In this document: positions 41,301-56,116 of the stretch, one piece after another
How the letters are laid out: each line of letters begins with the position of its first letter
How positions within the stretch are numbered: position 1 is the stretch's first letter
Assembly: GCA_023213395.1 (NCBI GenBank)
Contig: CM041465.1
Span: 223,393,741-223,457,740 of the forward strand
Direction: 5' to 3'
Source of the DNA: Cycas panzhihuaensis
Taxonomy: Eukaryota > Plantae > Cycadophyta
DNA: 64,000 bases
Program-made: the position numbers and the translations under genes
Notes under the pieces: generated by a model
What the model saw: the letters and a program-made list of their open reading frames with translations, nothing else
What the model was told of the DNA's origin: nothing
The model's database searches: none

Positions 41301-44300
41301 ATAAGAGACATGATTTCAAAACTAAAAGCCTTATCGATAATTTGATCAATGAGAGGTAAAGGAAAATTATCTTTAGGATATGCTTCATTGATATTTCTAA
41401 AGTCAATAGAAATATGAATGGAGACATTGTTATTTATGAAATGGACTATATTTGAAATGCAAGTAGGATAATCAATAAACTTAATAAATCTTACGTAGAG
41501 ATTTTTTTCGATCTTCATCTTTATTATAGTAGAAATCTTAGAATGAATAGGTCTCTTCTTTTGAAGATATGGTCATAGTTCAGGATAAGTAGTGATGTTA
41601 TGGACAATGATATTAGGATTAATGCCTAACATATCAATATAATCCCAAATAAGAACGTCAAGAAAATTCTTTAAATAATTGTGTACTAAACAATTTTAGA
41701 AGATGTATATTGATGACCAATCTTGATAATGTAAGGGTTTTCCTTAGTTGCAAGGTTGATATTAATTGTGCTTCTTAAATACATAGTGTTATCTTCCTCA
41801 TAATGAGTTAGTGCATGAACAATTAGGGGATATAATTCTTCTATGGAAAGATTCCTAATAGAAAGAGGTGAAAATGGTGAAATAGACTTTTAAAGCCCTA
41901 ATTTATGATGATTAGGTGGCAAACCTATATAAGGGCCAATCATGAACTCAATGATAGCTTCATCATTCTCAAAGTAATGAATTATAAAAGAAAGTATTAA
42001 CAACCAAGGAGGTAATATGGCTAGTAATAACTCATCATCATGGTTTGAACTCTTTAATGATGTGATATTTTAATCAATAAAATAATTCAAAGTATGGGAT
42101 TTCAATTGATTAGATGTGAAACCAATATCATATAAATATAATTCAATAATGATTTCTTTATCAATGAAGAATCAAGGTCAAAATACCAAATGGGTAGAGA
42201 AGCCAAGAGAACTTTATGAGATTTACCAATTTCAAAGATCACATGATGTATGAAGTTAATTAAGCAAAAAGGAAGTTCTATAAAGGCATTCTCTATGTTA
42301 GATACATTTGTAGGTAAGATTCCATATGAACTAAATCCTAAAAGAAGAAAATATGAGGTTTCACCTTCATCATTAAAAGGAACTTTATGGATTTATTGTG
42401 CAAATGGAAAATTAGAAGAAATAGTATTTTTGATAGTGGAAACCTTGCCATTGTGGACATACTTAAGCTTACTAAATAGAAAAGAACATACTACTTCTAT
42501 TTGATTCAAAAAAGGATGACCTAATAGCAAATTATAATCTAAATTTTTGTTAATGAGAGCAATTTCATTATTTATAATTTTATCGTCAGTACTGATTAGA
42601 AGTATGATTGTGCCTAAAGGTTTTGTAATCATGTGGTTGCAGCCACAATAGTCTTAAGAGACTTCCTCATAAGCTTGAATATTGAGTTCTATCATCAATA
42701 TAGTAAGCATCATATTAATGGAGGATCTATCATCCCCTAAAATTCATTCTAAATAGACATCTCCAACCTTTAAATAAATAAAGAAAGGAAAAGGTAAATG
42801 GATTATGTAATGAGCTTCAAAAGGAAGTTTAAAAGGGCCAAAGGTAATAACAAGTTTCAATTGTCTTATATATAAATCCAAATTTGTAATACCTAAATCT
42901 TCCAAGAAGTGGTATGTTTAATTAGGACAAATCCCTAAGATATCAAATATGAAAATGCTAGTTGTTATCAATTGCAGTTAATCTATAATAGAATAAGACT
43001 TGCCTTTAGCGGTATGCATAGGTGGGTGACTAAAATCAAAACACATAAGTCTTGTGGGTATCTTGGGCAAAGTAGAGAGCTCATGATTTTTCAAAGATAA
43101 GGGGTCCTTTATAATTTATTTACCTTTGAATTTTCTATTTTCAATAGTGTTAACCATGCTAATTATCCATTTTCCCTTACTAGTATATCGTTGAGGAAGA
43201 TTCTCCTTAGAAGGACTAGTCTGCTTATTTTTGGGTAACTAATTTACTTTTTTAGAGGAATAAGAAGGAATTGTCTCCAACTTAGAATGTTATTCATTAT
43301 TCCTTTGCTTGGGTGGCATTATTCTCTTATCAATTTATTTATGATGATTAGGAAAGGGATCACTATATACAAGTTGATCTAAGTTTAACCTAAATTGATT
43401 AGAGTGATGAGATTGAGATGTAATCATATCTAAAGCCTAACACTCATCACCTGAGTGACTTTTCATTCCATGAAAAGTATACCACCTTTTTGTATACCCT
43501 TCAGGTGGAGGGATATTTTTTGTAATAAGAGTGATAGTTTTAGATGTATCTCTTCTTGTGTGTTTTCCATATTTTGTAACTTGGTATGAAATATATGTTT
43601 AAGCACATGAAGTGTCAAAGCAAATATATCTAAAAAATTGTCTTAAGTGGGAGGTTTAAGGTTCTTAAATGATTAAACTTTATTAGATTTTCATGTGAAA
43701 GGCTTGGGCATATGTTTGAGGCCATCTTGATTCTCAAACATATTAAAAGTGAGAGACTAATTAAGGGCATCTTCATAAGAGGTAAGATTCAACTTTCACA
43801 CTTCAAAGTGAAATTATGGCCTAAGAGCATTTAAAAACAACTTAGCAAGAAGACTATGAGGACATTCATATTTGGAGGTGAGATTAAATCTTGAAATCTC
43901 TTAGAAAATTCTTGACAAGACTCCTCGGGACCTTGTTTAGCAAATATAAGAGCTTTGATACTTAAATCAAAAGGTTTCCCTATATCGAAATAGATAATAA
44001 AATAATCAATAGGCTTTTAAAATGTGAATATTAAAGAAGGAAATAATTGATAAAACAATTTATGAGCATCACTAAAAAGTGTACAAAGGAAGAGAATCTA
44101 AAGAGGATTCCATTTTTTTGCCATTAAGAACATGCTAAGTAAAAGGCCTGAACATGTTTTTGAGGGTCTTCTCCTTGTGTTCCTTCGAAGCATGGCAAAG
44201 TAGGAATAATAAGGGGAAGAGGGGTCATTTGAATGTTTACTATGAGAGGGTTATTCATATAATCTATATAAGATTTATGAATTCATTAAACAACTACACC

Positions 44301-44986
44301 TATAAAAGGATACAAAATGCCAGGTTCTACTAGATTGCTTCCATATGGAGCAAATCTAGGAGGTGGATTTTTTGGTGCAAAAGTTGGTTGTGTAGGATTA
44401 ACAATAATTAACTCATATTGAGCATCTTATAAAGAGGTGTTGAATGATAGATTTAGATAGGTAGGTGTAGGTGTGGGGCCAACTTGAGTTGGTATTTATT
44501 AAGAAGATGGAAGAATAACTTATTTAAAAGTGAGTGCTTAAAGTCTAGATGTCCCCATAAGATTTTGTGATGTTATTTATTATGCTTGTAATGATTGTGA
44601 AGCATGGGATGATGATCCAATTTGCAAACCAAACATACCAACATCATACTCATTTGTACAAGGCCTTTATAACTAACTTGAGGACCTTGATAACTTGAAG
44701 TTCTTATTTGGGTGTTGATACTTTGATTAAGATTATTGAGTGATTACACATATTGACTCATATTAAAGGGAATTGAAATAGAAACTTTGGATGACATTTG
44801 TTGTCAGATTATGGATTGTGAAATAACACCAATTGATGTATAAGAACTAGTAGGAAAATAGGATAAAACAAAAGTTAAACCTTGAGTCCCTAAAAGTTGA
44901 GAAGTTGCAATAGATTATTGATAACTTATTGATTGAGTTAAAAGTGAAGTAAAACTTACATTAGGTGTAGTATTTATAATGATTGA
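38374..44986 (-). mobile_element. Second decayed Tat-like Ty3/gypsy internal region (gag ~43300-44700, PR ~42400-42750, RT ~41000-41650, RH ~40450-40900); continues after 47905
   Basis: DYNLLLGHPF (PR) and IDFRNINEAYPKDNFPLP, SLMDGFSSYN, YKVMPFNLKN (RT). No integrase core recognised. Confidence 0.8.
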
Positions 44987-47900
44987 TGAAGGACGTGTGA
45001 GGTGCAAAGTAGGATGATTAACTTGGCAAGTGGATTTTAGCTCTCTTTGAGTTAATAATTCTAATTGAATCGAGGGTGGTGTTAAAAAACACCAGGGAGG
45101 TATTCCCACCCCTTTTATAAGAGATTTTGGGGAGGTGACAAGCGCCTCAACCTGACCTACCAAAAATTTAAATTAGTATTAAAAAAACAATAATAACAAA
45201 TGTGTGCATACCTTAATATTGGTCTATTGGCATCTGGGTTGCTTGTGATAGTTGTTATGTGGCCCGAGGTGCCTAGGGAGCCCTAAAGGTGGCTTTGAGG
45301 GGCCCTAGGTTCACGTTGATAAATGTACATTAGGTATTATCCTAACATTCTCCTCCATAATGCCTAATGTAAACAACTCCCAAATTGTCTCTGAATTTCT
45401 GGAATTTAACTTTGCCCAATGCCTTTGTGAAGATATATGTTGTTTAGTCTTCAATGCTACAATAAGTCAATTCGATCTCTTCTTCTTATACTAGTTCTCG
45501 AATGAAGTGATGTTGAGTCTCGATGTGTTTTGTTCTACCATGAAAAACTGGATTCTTTGCCATCTGAATAATGCCCTGCTTGTCACACCTAATTCTTGTG
45601 GGACCTTTCTATTTTAGTCAAAAATCTTATAGCAATCTTCTTAACCAAACTGATTCACATGCACCTACAACCACTGCTTTGTACTCTGCCTCAACTTTAG
45701 ATAAGGAAATTATGTTCTTCTTCTTAGTACTCCTTACTATAACTACTAATCCCATACTAAACATATAACCTATCATTGATTTCCTATCATCAATGTCTCT
45801 TGCCTAATCCAAGTCTATATAACCCGTCAAATGAAATCTTGGTGAAATTTTGTAGTATAATCCATATTTAGAAGTTCCTTTGAGATAGAAAAGAATTCTT
45901 TTTGCTACTTGCTAATGGGTGGTCTTTGGATCTTACATAAATCTAGACACAAGACTAACTGAGTGTGTTATATTAGGTTAAGTGGGTGTCAAATATATTA
46001 AGCTGCTGATTAGTTATCTATAGAGCATAGGGTCAACTGATGTAGAATCATTTGACATAAAGAGCTTGATTCTAGTTTCTATTGGAGTTCTCAAAGGTTT
46101 ATAGTTGGTCATCCTGAACTTTTGTAATAAATCTAGGGTAGATTTTCATTGGAAAATGAAAATGCCCTTCTTGTCTTGCCATACTTCCAAGCCTAGGAAG
46201 TAATGCATTAGCCCCAAATCTGTCATCTCAAATTCTTTACACATAGCATCCTTGAATTGTTGCAATAAGTGGGAGTTGTTTCTAGTATACACAAGGTCAT
46301 CCACATAAAGTCCTACTATTAGGATTGAGTTTCCCTTGATTTGAATGTAAAGATTAGAATCTGCTTGAGATCTTTCAAAACCTTGATCTTTAAAGTATTT
46401 GTCTATGTAGGAATACCATGTCCTAGGTGCTTGTTTTAATCCATAGAGTGCCTTCTTAGGTTTATACACTTTGTTTTCTGCCCCCTTGACTTCAAAATTG
46501 AGGGGTTAGGCAACATAAATATCCTCTTTGATATAGCCATTTAGGAAGGCACTTTTAACATCCATTTGGTAGACTTTCCAACACATTTTAGTGGCTAAGA
46601 TCATCATTATTCTAACCATTTCCATCTAAGTAATAGGGGAAAACATTTCATTGTAGCCAATGCCTTCTTTTTAGGAATAACCCTTAGCAACCAATCTAGC
46701 CTTATATTTATCTATAGATCTATCTGAATGAAACATTTAGTGCCAATAACCTTTTTATTTGGAGGTAAATTGACTAACTCCCAAGTGTCATTTTTAACAA
46801 TGGAATGGTATTCCGGTGAAGAAATCCAACTGAAAAATAGATTCAAAAGAGAGATTTTTACTCACAAATATGAAGAAGGATGCACAAGACTACAGAGGTT
46901 CCAGGGCATTGAAACTATATCAAATGATGACGAAACTTCATGAAAATTTAGAGGGAGGGGTGTGACACATAGATAGAGGTTTTGGAATAGATGACACTAC
47001 AAAAGATGCTTTGGCATGTGAGAATAGGGCTACCAAAATTAGTGAGTCATTGTAGACCATACAAAGAGAAACTGAGCTAAATGAAGCCCTAAACTGCTTC
47101 AAAACTCCTTTATCAGGCACTAGGAGTGGGTGTAGGGCTCTTATAAATGCTAGAGAAGGTGAAGTAAGCAAAAATAATATAGATTTGTTAAAAAAGTGAA
47201 GAAAACTAAGAGAGATAAAGCTTTAGAGAGATATGTCTCACAAATAGATGGATGAAATGTAAATCATCTTTACTACTAGCTAGAGCACTCAGATATAATA
47301 AAAACGAATAGTCATATAATATAGTTCTGATCATTCTATAAGAAGTTGGAGTGAGTTCAATGCAGGTGAGCAATAGAGAACCATGGCTCTAATAAACATA
47401 CAAACATGTATCATGGAAATAACAATGTAAGCAATAGTAAACCTTTAATATTTCTCAATATACTATCATATCTATACTATACAAATAAATTAATAGCCGT
47501 GAAACTCACGCGGAAGTCAACCTGGTGCTTTGATACCAAATGAAGGACGTGCGAGGTGTAGAGTATGATGATTAACTTGGCAAGTGTATTATAGCTCTCT
47601 TTGAGTTAATAATTCTAATTGAATCAAGGGTGGTGTTAAAAAACACAAGGGAGGTATTCCCACCCCTTTTATAAGAGATTTTGGGGAGGTGGCAAGTGCC
47701 TCAACCTGACGTGCCAAAAATTTAAATTAGTATTAAAAAATAATAACAATAAATGTGCATATACCTTAATATGGTCCGTCAGCATCTGGGTGGCTTGTGG
47801 CAACTGTGATATGGCCCAAGGTGCCCTAGGGAGCCCCAAAGGTGGCTTTGAGGGGCCCTAAGTATACGTTGACAAATGTACATTGGGTATTATCCCAATA
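44987..47900 (-). mobile_element. Internally deleted Ty1/copia (2.9 kb)
   Basis: LTRs 44987-45347 and 47541-47900. PBS rc GCTTTGATACCA 47527-47538. PPT rc TTCTCCTCC after 45347. TSD ATTGA/ATCGA. RT/RH 45360-46810 (ALYGLKQAPR, LYVDD, RTKHIE) joined to a gag fragment (LNSLPTSY-like). Confidence 0.94.
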
Positions 47901-48407
47901 ATCGAGACTACTTCAATAATAGGACTCATAAAGTTATTATAACAATAATGCTTATTTACTAAGCATTTTTGTGCAACAATTGCAACTAATTAATCACACT
48001 CTTGTAGTAGAGTAATTACAAAAGAGGTTCTATAAAGAGCAACAAAACAAACAAAAAAGTAGAGAAAGGGGGGGGGGGGGGGGGGGGCTCTATATAGACT
48101 TGGGACATTCTTCTTTTCCTTCTTCTTCTTCTCTTTGTCTATTTTCTTCTTCTTCTTTACTGATGTATATATATGCATACATCCTAGTAGAAATTGTATT
48201 TTTAGTAAGAGATAATTTTATATACAATGAACTTTTTGAATCTAAGAACATTTAGTAAGTGTATTTTATTACTAAAGACCAGATTTCATTATGATTTTAT
48301 TAGTTTATATTAATTTATTTTGTTGGGTAACACTCCTGCACTTAAGAATGGACTCGTTAAGCGCACTGTCTAATGTTGATGCAAACAATTCATTTAAGGA
48401 CTCAAGA

Positions 48408-49020
<613 letters not shown>

Positions 49021-50651
49021 TGCAAATGTTATGTTGCTTGTTGATGACCCTTTTATATTTTTCTCTAATTCTAAAGTTAAGAGTTGTATGAATATATTAT
49101 AGAGCTTTTTCATAACTTGAAGAAATAGCTAGGTTTTAGTAAGCACATAGATGCACTTAGAGAGAATTAATAGTCAAATAAATCAAATGATCGATTGATA
49201 AAATAAGTGATATTTTACAATACATTTGAGGACATATTTATATGTATATAATAGGCCCTTTTACAAAATGTTATAAATGTTCAAAAGCACTTACTTACTT
49301 AATAATTTAATTAATTATCTTTAAGGAGGTTCATAACAATTCCTCTTCCTTAGGATGTTTCGCCCATAAAACATAGTCAAATGATTGGTTGATTACTTCA
49401 TTCAAGGTGGTTTGTCATAAGGCCACAAAACATAGTTGAATGATTAGTTGATTACCTCATTCAAGGTGGCTTGTAACATGACCTCCTCCTTGAAATATTT
49501 CATCCTTAGAAATTGATTGAAATAGTGATTAGTTTGATATCATCTCTTACTAATAAAAAAATATTATAATCATCTGTTATATATTTTCGATCCATAATTG
49601 TTGAAACTTTAAATAATTACAAATATATATATGAGGGAAAGCTTGAATAAGTTGATGCAATTGAGGACCAATTAGAATTATTTGGTAGATACTGACTACC
49701 AAAATGTTGAATTTCTATATGCTTTTGCTTATAAGTCGAAGATTGTTGCCACAATATCTTCCATTCGACTTTGACTTCTATCTACTAATAAACGTAATAT
49801 CATCTTAGAATGCATTATTTTATTCTAATGCTTGAAAACTTCTCAAATTTATTAGGAGGCGAGATGATTATTACTGGCATCGGGAAATCCTCAAGTATAT
49901 ATGATATAGTTATTTGATTCATATTATTTGGTTGATTAAGAAGTGAACTTGTTATTGTTAGTTTTGGTATCTTTTGTTTAGATTGTTCAAGAGATTTTAT
50001 TGGTACTGGTTGGTTCTTCTTCAATTAATGAAGGAATGTACATATAATTATTAGCATTAGTGATCATTCTGGCATAAACTCAATATCTTTTTTATAAATT
50101 GTTATATTTTCTTTTGGGAATGACACTAATATTTTGCCCTTATCAGCTAATAATGATTTATCCTTATTTTCCTATTGTATACTATTTTATTTTGCTTGTA
50201 TGTTCAAATCATGCATTAGGATTATGATTTGGTTTATAGGCCCTTTTTCTTCCTATATTGCATGATCTTATATTCCATTGGCTTTTAGTATAGATGTGCC
50301 CTTAACATTTGCATTATTGACACACTTATCCATATGTCTTTTATGATTTTTAAATGAATTCCTTTGATGTAACTCTTGTAATCTTCTTACTTGTTCCTTT
50401 AATTTTTTGTTAATGCTAATAAGTAAGCATCATCAAGGTTTACTAATATCAAAGAAGATTCTTTATGTTTATATCCACTTTCTATGTCTACTAACTTCTC
50501 ATTCCTTTTTATTTTTTTATAAGTCCTTGCTTTTACATGTTCTCTGGGTGAAGGTTTTATCTTTGACAAATCATTTTTTGTAAAAACCAATTTGTTTAAT
50601 GTAGAATGCGAAAGGGGTTTAGATTTTATCAGCATAAGAAGTCCATGTAGA

Positions 50652-51290
50652 TTAATTGTATGAGACTTGATTGTGTGTTATTAATAGTGGTGGACCAGCC
50701 TTTGTTTCCAAAATTTCAACTTCCCATCTACTTTTCAGGTAATTTTCTTTGAGACGTAATGCCCAAGTCTTTAAACAATCTTCAAGCCAATGATGGTTGA
50801 ATAGCTTTGTTCCCATTTGTTTAGCAACCCTATACTTATCCCCTTCATACTTGTAACAAATAAGATGTGTTACTTCACTTGCAATAAATGGCTTTGTAAA
50901 TTGTGCACCCATTATTTCAACCATTCTCATAACGTCATGATGATCTTGAACTTGATACCCTATTAAAAAAATGCATAAGGATGCACTACTTGGAATGCCC
51001 ATCATATTTCTTATAGGTTTGTATAATATCTTATCAGTATCTACAAGTATTCCACTAGCCAATCTATCTGTAATCCATAAGTGTGTAATTAATATCTTCC
51101 CATCCTTCCTAGCCATAACATAAATAGGATCATTGTATGTAAGTTGGAAAATAATAACATGAGTACAGTTCATGTTATATTATCTTGCATTGAACACCCC
51201 ATTGTACACAAGCTATGTTGTATATTTATTTTATGTTGTAGGGTCAAATTCTACTAATATAAATCTTATTCCATGATATAATAGTCCCAT
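50652..51290 (-). pseudogene. Intron-less pseudogenised copy of the N-terminal tandem BRCT region of an At4g02110-like protein
   Basis: MGLLYHGIRFILVEFDPTT*NKYTT*LVYNGVFNAR*YNM runs in frame into the listed 173-aa ORF (CTHVII..YNDP, LYKPIRNMMGIP, GYQ..D..DVMRMVEIMGAQFTKP, VTHLICYKYEGDKY, NHHWLEDCLKTW), matching At4g02110 family motifs as I recall them. Confidence 0.9.
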
Positions 51291-52491
51291 TCTCTTGCCT
51301 TATACACACACACACACACATATGTAAGAGAAATGTAATGCGTTAAAGTGGGTATAATGTCTCTTACATATAAACCCTATCTTCTTAGAAATTATCGTAA
51401 TATGCTTTGCATAACTTATAATTATCTAGAGTATGCTTATGGATTCCTCTATCTAAGCTGTAATTTTACAAAGCCTCTAGAATATAGAACCTCTATTTGA
51501 AATAGTATTTATTTATGTGCTTTTGAATATGAAATTTTCGATTGAAATTGTATTGCAATAATGACATGTGACTTCAATATTGAAATGAATGGCTAATTAA
51601 ATTCACTTTATTTACTTTGTGTATATATATTTTGGATTAATGATAAATATGCAAGTTGTTTTATATTATGTGTGGCAAACCATATGCCATAATCTATTTA
51701 ACAATATGATATATAAAGTCTACTAAGCAACTTTTATATCTACTCAACCTAATGTGACTTACATATGCTATTAAATTAGATGGGAGGAATCGTATATTTG
51801 TTCACCTTTTATTTAGTATATATCTTGGAAGATGACAATTCCTAGACTATAATAGTGTGAGGATAGCACAGAAGGTGAAGGTAGACATGGATGAACAATG
51901 GAAGACATGGATGGTTAGCATGGAAATAATGCAGCCTGTCTATATACCACAGTCCATCTTGTAACTAATGGAGATTGAAATCTATAATAAATCTTTATGG
52001 TGTGCCTATAGTTTCTTATTGTCACGTACTACGATGCTTAGATGATAAGCAAATGCTTAGACGATAAGTAATAGTGATTATTTTTTTTTTCTTTCTTTTC
52101 GTGTAGATAATAAAACCAAGTATATTATTCTATATAGACTATAGATGTCTATATCGCCCTTCCTCCACGCTTTGGTAGGTCACTCCAAATGCTAACTATA
52201 ATATTGTACAATGACTTCCTTATGCACACAGATGCCTTCACAATTCTAATAGGAAGAATTTAAGAAGGGTTTACTCAGGTAGAGACACCTTTGAAATATG
52301 AGTAGTATTTACTCTAATAAAAATATCTTTGAATGAAGTTGCCCTCACTCGAATCGAGGCACCTCAGACAAGGGAGGAAAAATTACCTAAGAAGAGGCTC
52401 TTATTTGGTGCACCAATTATATTATGTTTAATAATCTTCACTGATTACACAAATGATTTTGTTTACAGATTTTTTTTTTTGGTTGATTTTG

Positions 52492-52675
<184 letters not shown>

Positions 52676-54007
52676 TATATACTTATAATATATTAAAGGT
52701 TTTTGATGCAGGTCTAAGGGATATTTTCGATGCAAAATTTTAGTGTGGATGCATCTATAGTTACTATTATATTTGATGTATTAACACTAACATTGGTATT
52801 ATATTATTTGTGTGTATTTGATTGCATACGTGGTTGAACTGCCAATGATTATTATTACATGGGCATTAGTGAAGTGGGATTACAGATGTATTGAGGATAG
52901 TTTTATAGGAGTTTAATTGAGATCTACATTGTTTTCTTTACAAAATAATTATAACATATGCTTGCAAAGATGCCAATACTCCTTATTTATGAACTCCAAG
53001 ATCCTTTAGATGAACAACCTTAATATTCAGTGATTCAAGAGGTCTTCTCTCTATCTAATTTTGGAGTATACCTCCCTAAGATAGACTATTTCATGATGCC
53101 ACTAGAATTCAAAATAATTTTCCACAAGGCAGAAAGGTTGCTCTGATACCACTTGTTATGGAGCTTTTTCATAACTTGAAGAAATAGCCAGGTTTTAATA
53201 AGTACACGAGTATGTTTGGAGAGAATTAATAGTCAAATAGACTAAATGATTAATTGATAAAATAAGTGATGTTTTACAATACATTTGAGGGCATATTTAT
53301 ATGTATATAATAGGCCCTTTTCATAAAAGGTTGCAACTATTCAAAAGAACCTATTCACTTAATAATTTAATTAACTATCTTTAAGGAAGTTCATAACATA
53401 ATATATGTTAGGGTTGTTAGACTACATTTTGGCACTCAATTTTGAGTTTTTAGGAAAGTGTAGGATCCATAATTTTAGCATTGTATGTTGATATAAATAA
53501 TGGGGTTAGCAAGAGGTTAGTAAGTGCGGTCAAGAAGTAAATTCCTCATCATTCTATTAGAGGTATGTATTTATTGGTTTAGTCTAAGTGGATCAAGACA
53601 TCAACCCATTTCTTATGACAGATACAAAAGGGGAATAAGTAGAGCTCATTTCTTCCACATTCCTTTTAGTTTTCATGTTCTTTTCCTTCTTTATTTTCCT
53701 TTTTGTCTTTTCTTATACATTTTAAAAAATATCATTTGTAACTCGACGTAATGGGCATTCATCTCTCAGCTCTATATATTATATACATTATGTATACTAT
53801 GTATTATATAAGTTAATTTAATTAGGATGCAGAGTTAGATATTTTACAGTTGCCTCTCTATTGTCTATGCTTATTTGTCAAATATGTGGACTAGACTTTA
53901 TCACAACTAGTCCTTGGGAGGATACAATGATAGGGAGTAATAATAGTTGATGATTGTATTAGGGATATATCCCCCACAGTATTTTTTTTCCTCTTAGGAT
54001 TATCATT

Positions 54008-54012
54008 ATATG

Positions 54013-54061
<49 letters not shown>
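54008..54061. repeat. (TA)n/(TG)n microsatellite
   Basis: Directly visible. Confidence 0.9.
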
Positions 54062-54062
<1 letters not shown>

Positions 54063-54299
54063 ACAAACTTGGTGTTTTTACTATATGGTCAACGTATTAA
54101 GGAAGCCTTATATTCAGTTGGTGAAAGCATAAAAGAAGAGATGCAAAGCTTTCATCTTATAAAAAATCAATAAGTCCTACCAAGAGTCATAAGATGGCTA
54201 AGTAGAAAGAAAGATCAACTTGGTTTGGAGACCTATAATTCACAAGATTAAAAATTTTAGCAAATATAGTTACTTGGGAGGATATTCTTCCATGGGTTC

Positions 54300-54800
54300 A
54301 CAATAGTCCTTTAGAACTTCAAGGTGAACTATATGAGATTCCTAAGATAAACTTAAAACATTATCAAAGATTTGATTGATATGGAATGATTTTATTTGAA
54401 TGACATACTGTAAATTCTTCTATTACATGCAATAAGTTTGGAATCCATGAATTTGATGTTGCCATCATATTATTTGTTTATTCTTTAACTAGAGGACCAA
54501 TAGCTTGGTTTCTTCCCTATCACATGCTTCTATTAGAAGTTTAAACAACTTTATGTAGGTTTTCAAAATAAAATATAATAGCCAGAAAAGCCTTTCTTCA
54601 CTTCTAAAAGAGTTGTCTAATATGAAAAAGGAAACTAGAGAAAACATCATTGAGGATGCGAGTAGATTTAACAAAATTCTAAATAAGATTAAAGTTGTAT
54701 TTAGGCTTGCATAATAGATTCTAATAGACTAGTTCATGGATGGTTTAGATATAGATGTAAGGATGTGGATAATTCTTAAACAACTGACAGATCCCTAAAG
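54300..54800 (+). pseudogene. Retrotransposon gag relic (gypsy type)
   Basis: VAIILFVYSLTRGPIAWF then, frameshifted, LSHASIRSLNNFM*VF, matching the LFxxSLxGxAxxWFxxLxxxSIxS gag motif. Confidence 0.7.
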
Positions 54801-56116
54801 TGGAAAAGTGTTTGCTTTTTATTTTAGGACAATCGTGGATAGGAGGAAGGTACTCTCTTCTTCTAAAAAAGAGTAACTTGATAATAGTTGGAACAAGGAA
54901 TTTGATGCCATGGTGATAAATGAAGAAGAGATATAATTAAAATTAGATTACATAGGTGATAACTAAGGACTAGAATTTTCTCAAGATGAGCTAGTGATCT
55001 TTAATGACCCTTAGAATTTTTAAGGAGGCCACACTCTTAGTCAACAAGAATAAATAGTCATTGTGCCTTAAGATCCTATTATTTTTTCCGAAATGACATA
55101 AGGTAATTATTCACACTTAGGATTTCTAATGGTTGATCTATTTTCTACTGACATAGAGTTGTAGTACATTGATAAGAGACATGAAACTAAACATGAAGAC
55201 CTCAAGGGGACTAAAATAGTATTCCTTAATATAGACACAGATATGGTTCTATCTTCATTGGACTTTGTGCCACCTATATAGGAGAAGGATGATATTTCAT
55301 ACTTAGATTTCAGCCTACATTATAATGAAGAGATAGTTGGTTCTACTCTTGACTCTTCATACAATTCAAAACTTGTTGGGATGACTATTTAGATATTAAC
55401 AACTTATCATTAAATCATCACAATCACTAGATATTATCTAGAGGATGTTGTTGACTATGAGGAGTATCATACAATTTCAACTTTAAAAGTTCAATGGGAT
55501 GAAGATATTTTTTAAAATAAAGAGTAGGTATTACCCTTAGACATGAACATAAAGGATTTACTTATGGGTTAGAGGCCTCTCAGGAAATTAAAATGGTGGA
55601 AGAAAATAAAGACATAATCATGGTTCATCTCACTAGTTGACAATAATAGGATGATACTATTGGTGGATTTGAAGGATAATAAATTTTTTATAAAAACACA
55701 AGAAATAAGGATGATTGAGATTTGACATTAGACATGGATTTTAAGGAAGAGATATCTATCTTTCTATCTAATATACATGATCATTTCACATCTGATTAGG
55801 AAATTTATATTACAACACAAGTGTCCATATATTGCCACTGAAACTTATCTCAAGATTTCAAAGATCATGAATCCATCTTGTTCTTAATAGGAGGGTAAGA
55901 GGAGGATGCTACTATGGAGGCTCAAAAGAGGTTGTTGTTATAGGAACTTATGAACAAGGAGAGCTCTTACAAAAAATAAATGGATTAAATATACTAATGG
56001 TTGATTTAGATTTTAGTTGGGTACCTTTTATTATTGTCTACTTTGATCCATACCTAATACATTTTAGTTCTTACCTTAAGATTGAATTTTACCCTTGATA
56101 CAAAACAAAACTTTAT

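Noticed and set aside
48000-48025. Degenerate Tat-type PBS (TAGTAGAGT) for the 38374-44986 element
   Set aside because: Only a partial match, with no clear TG LTR start or partner LTR.
50652-51173. Functional host BRCT gene
   Set aside because: Three in-frame stops in the first BRCT domain, substitutions at conserved residues, no C-terminal part, and enclosure by LTRs.
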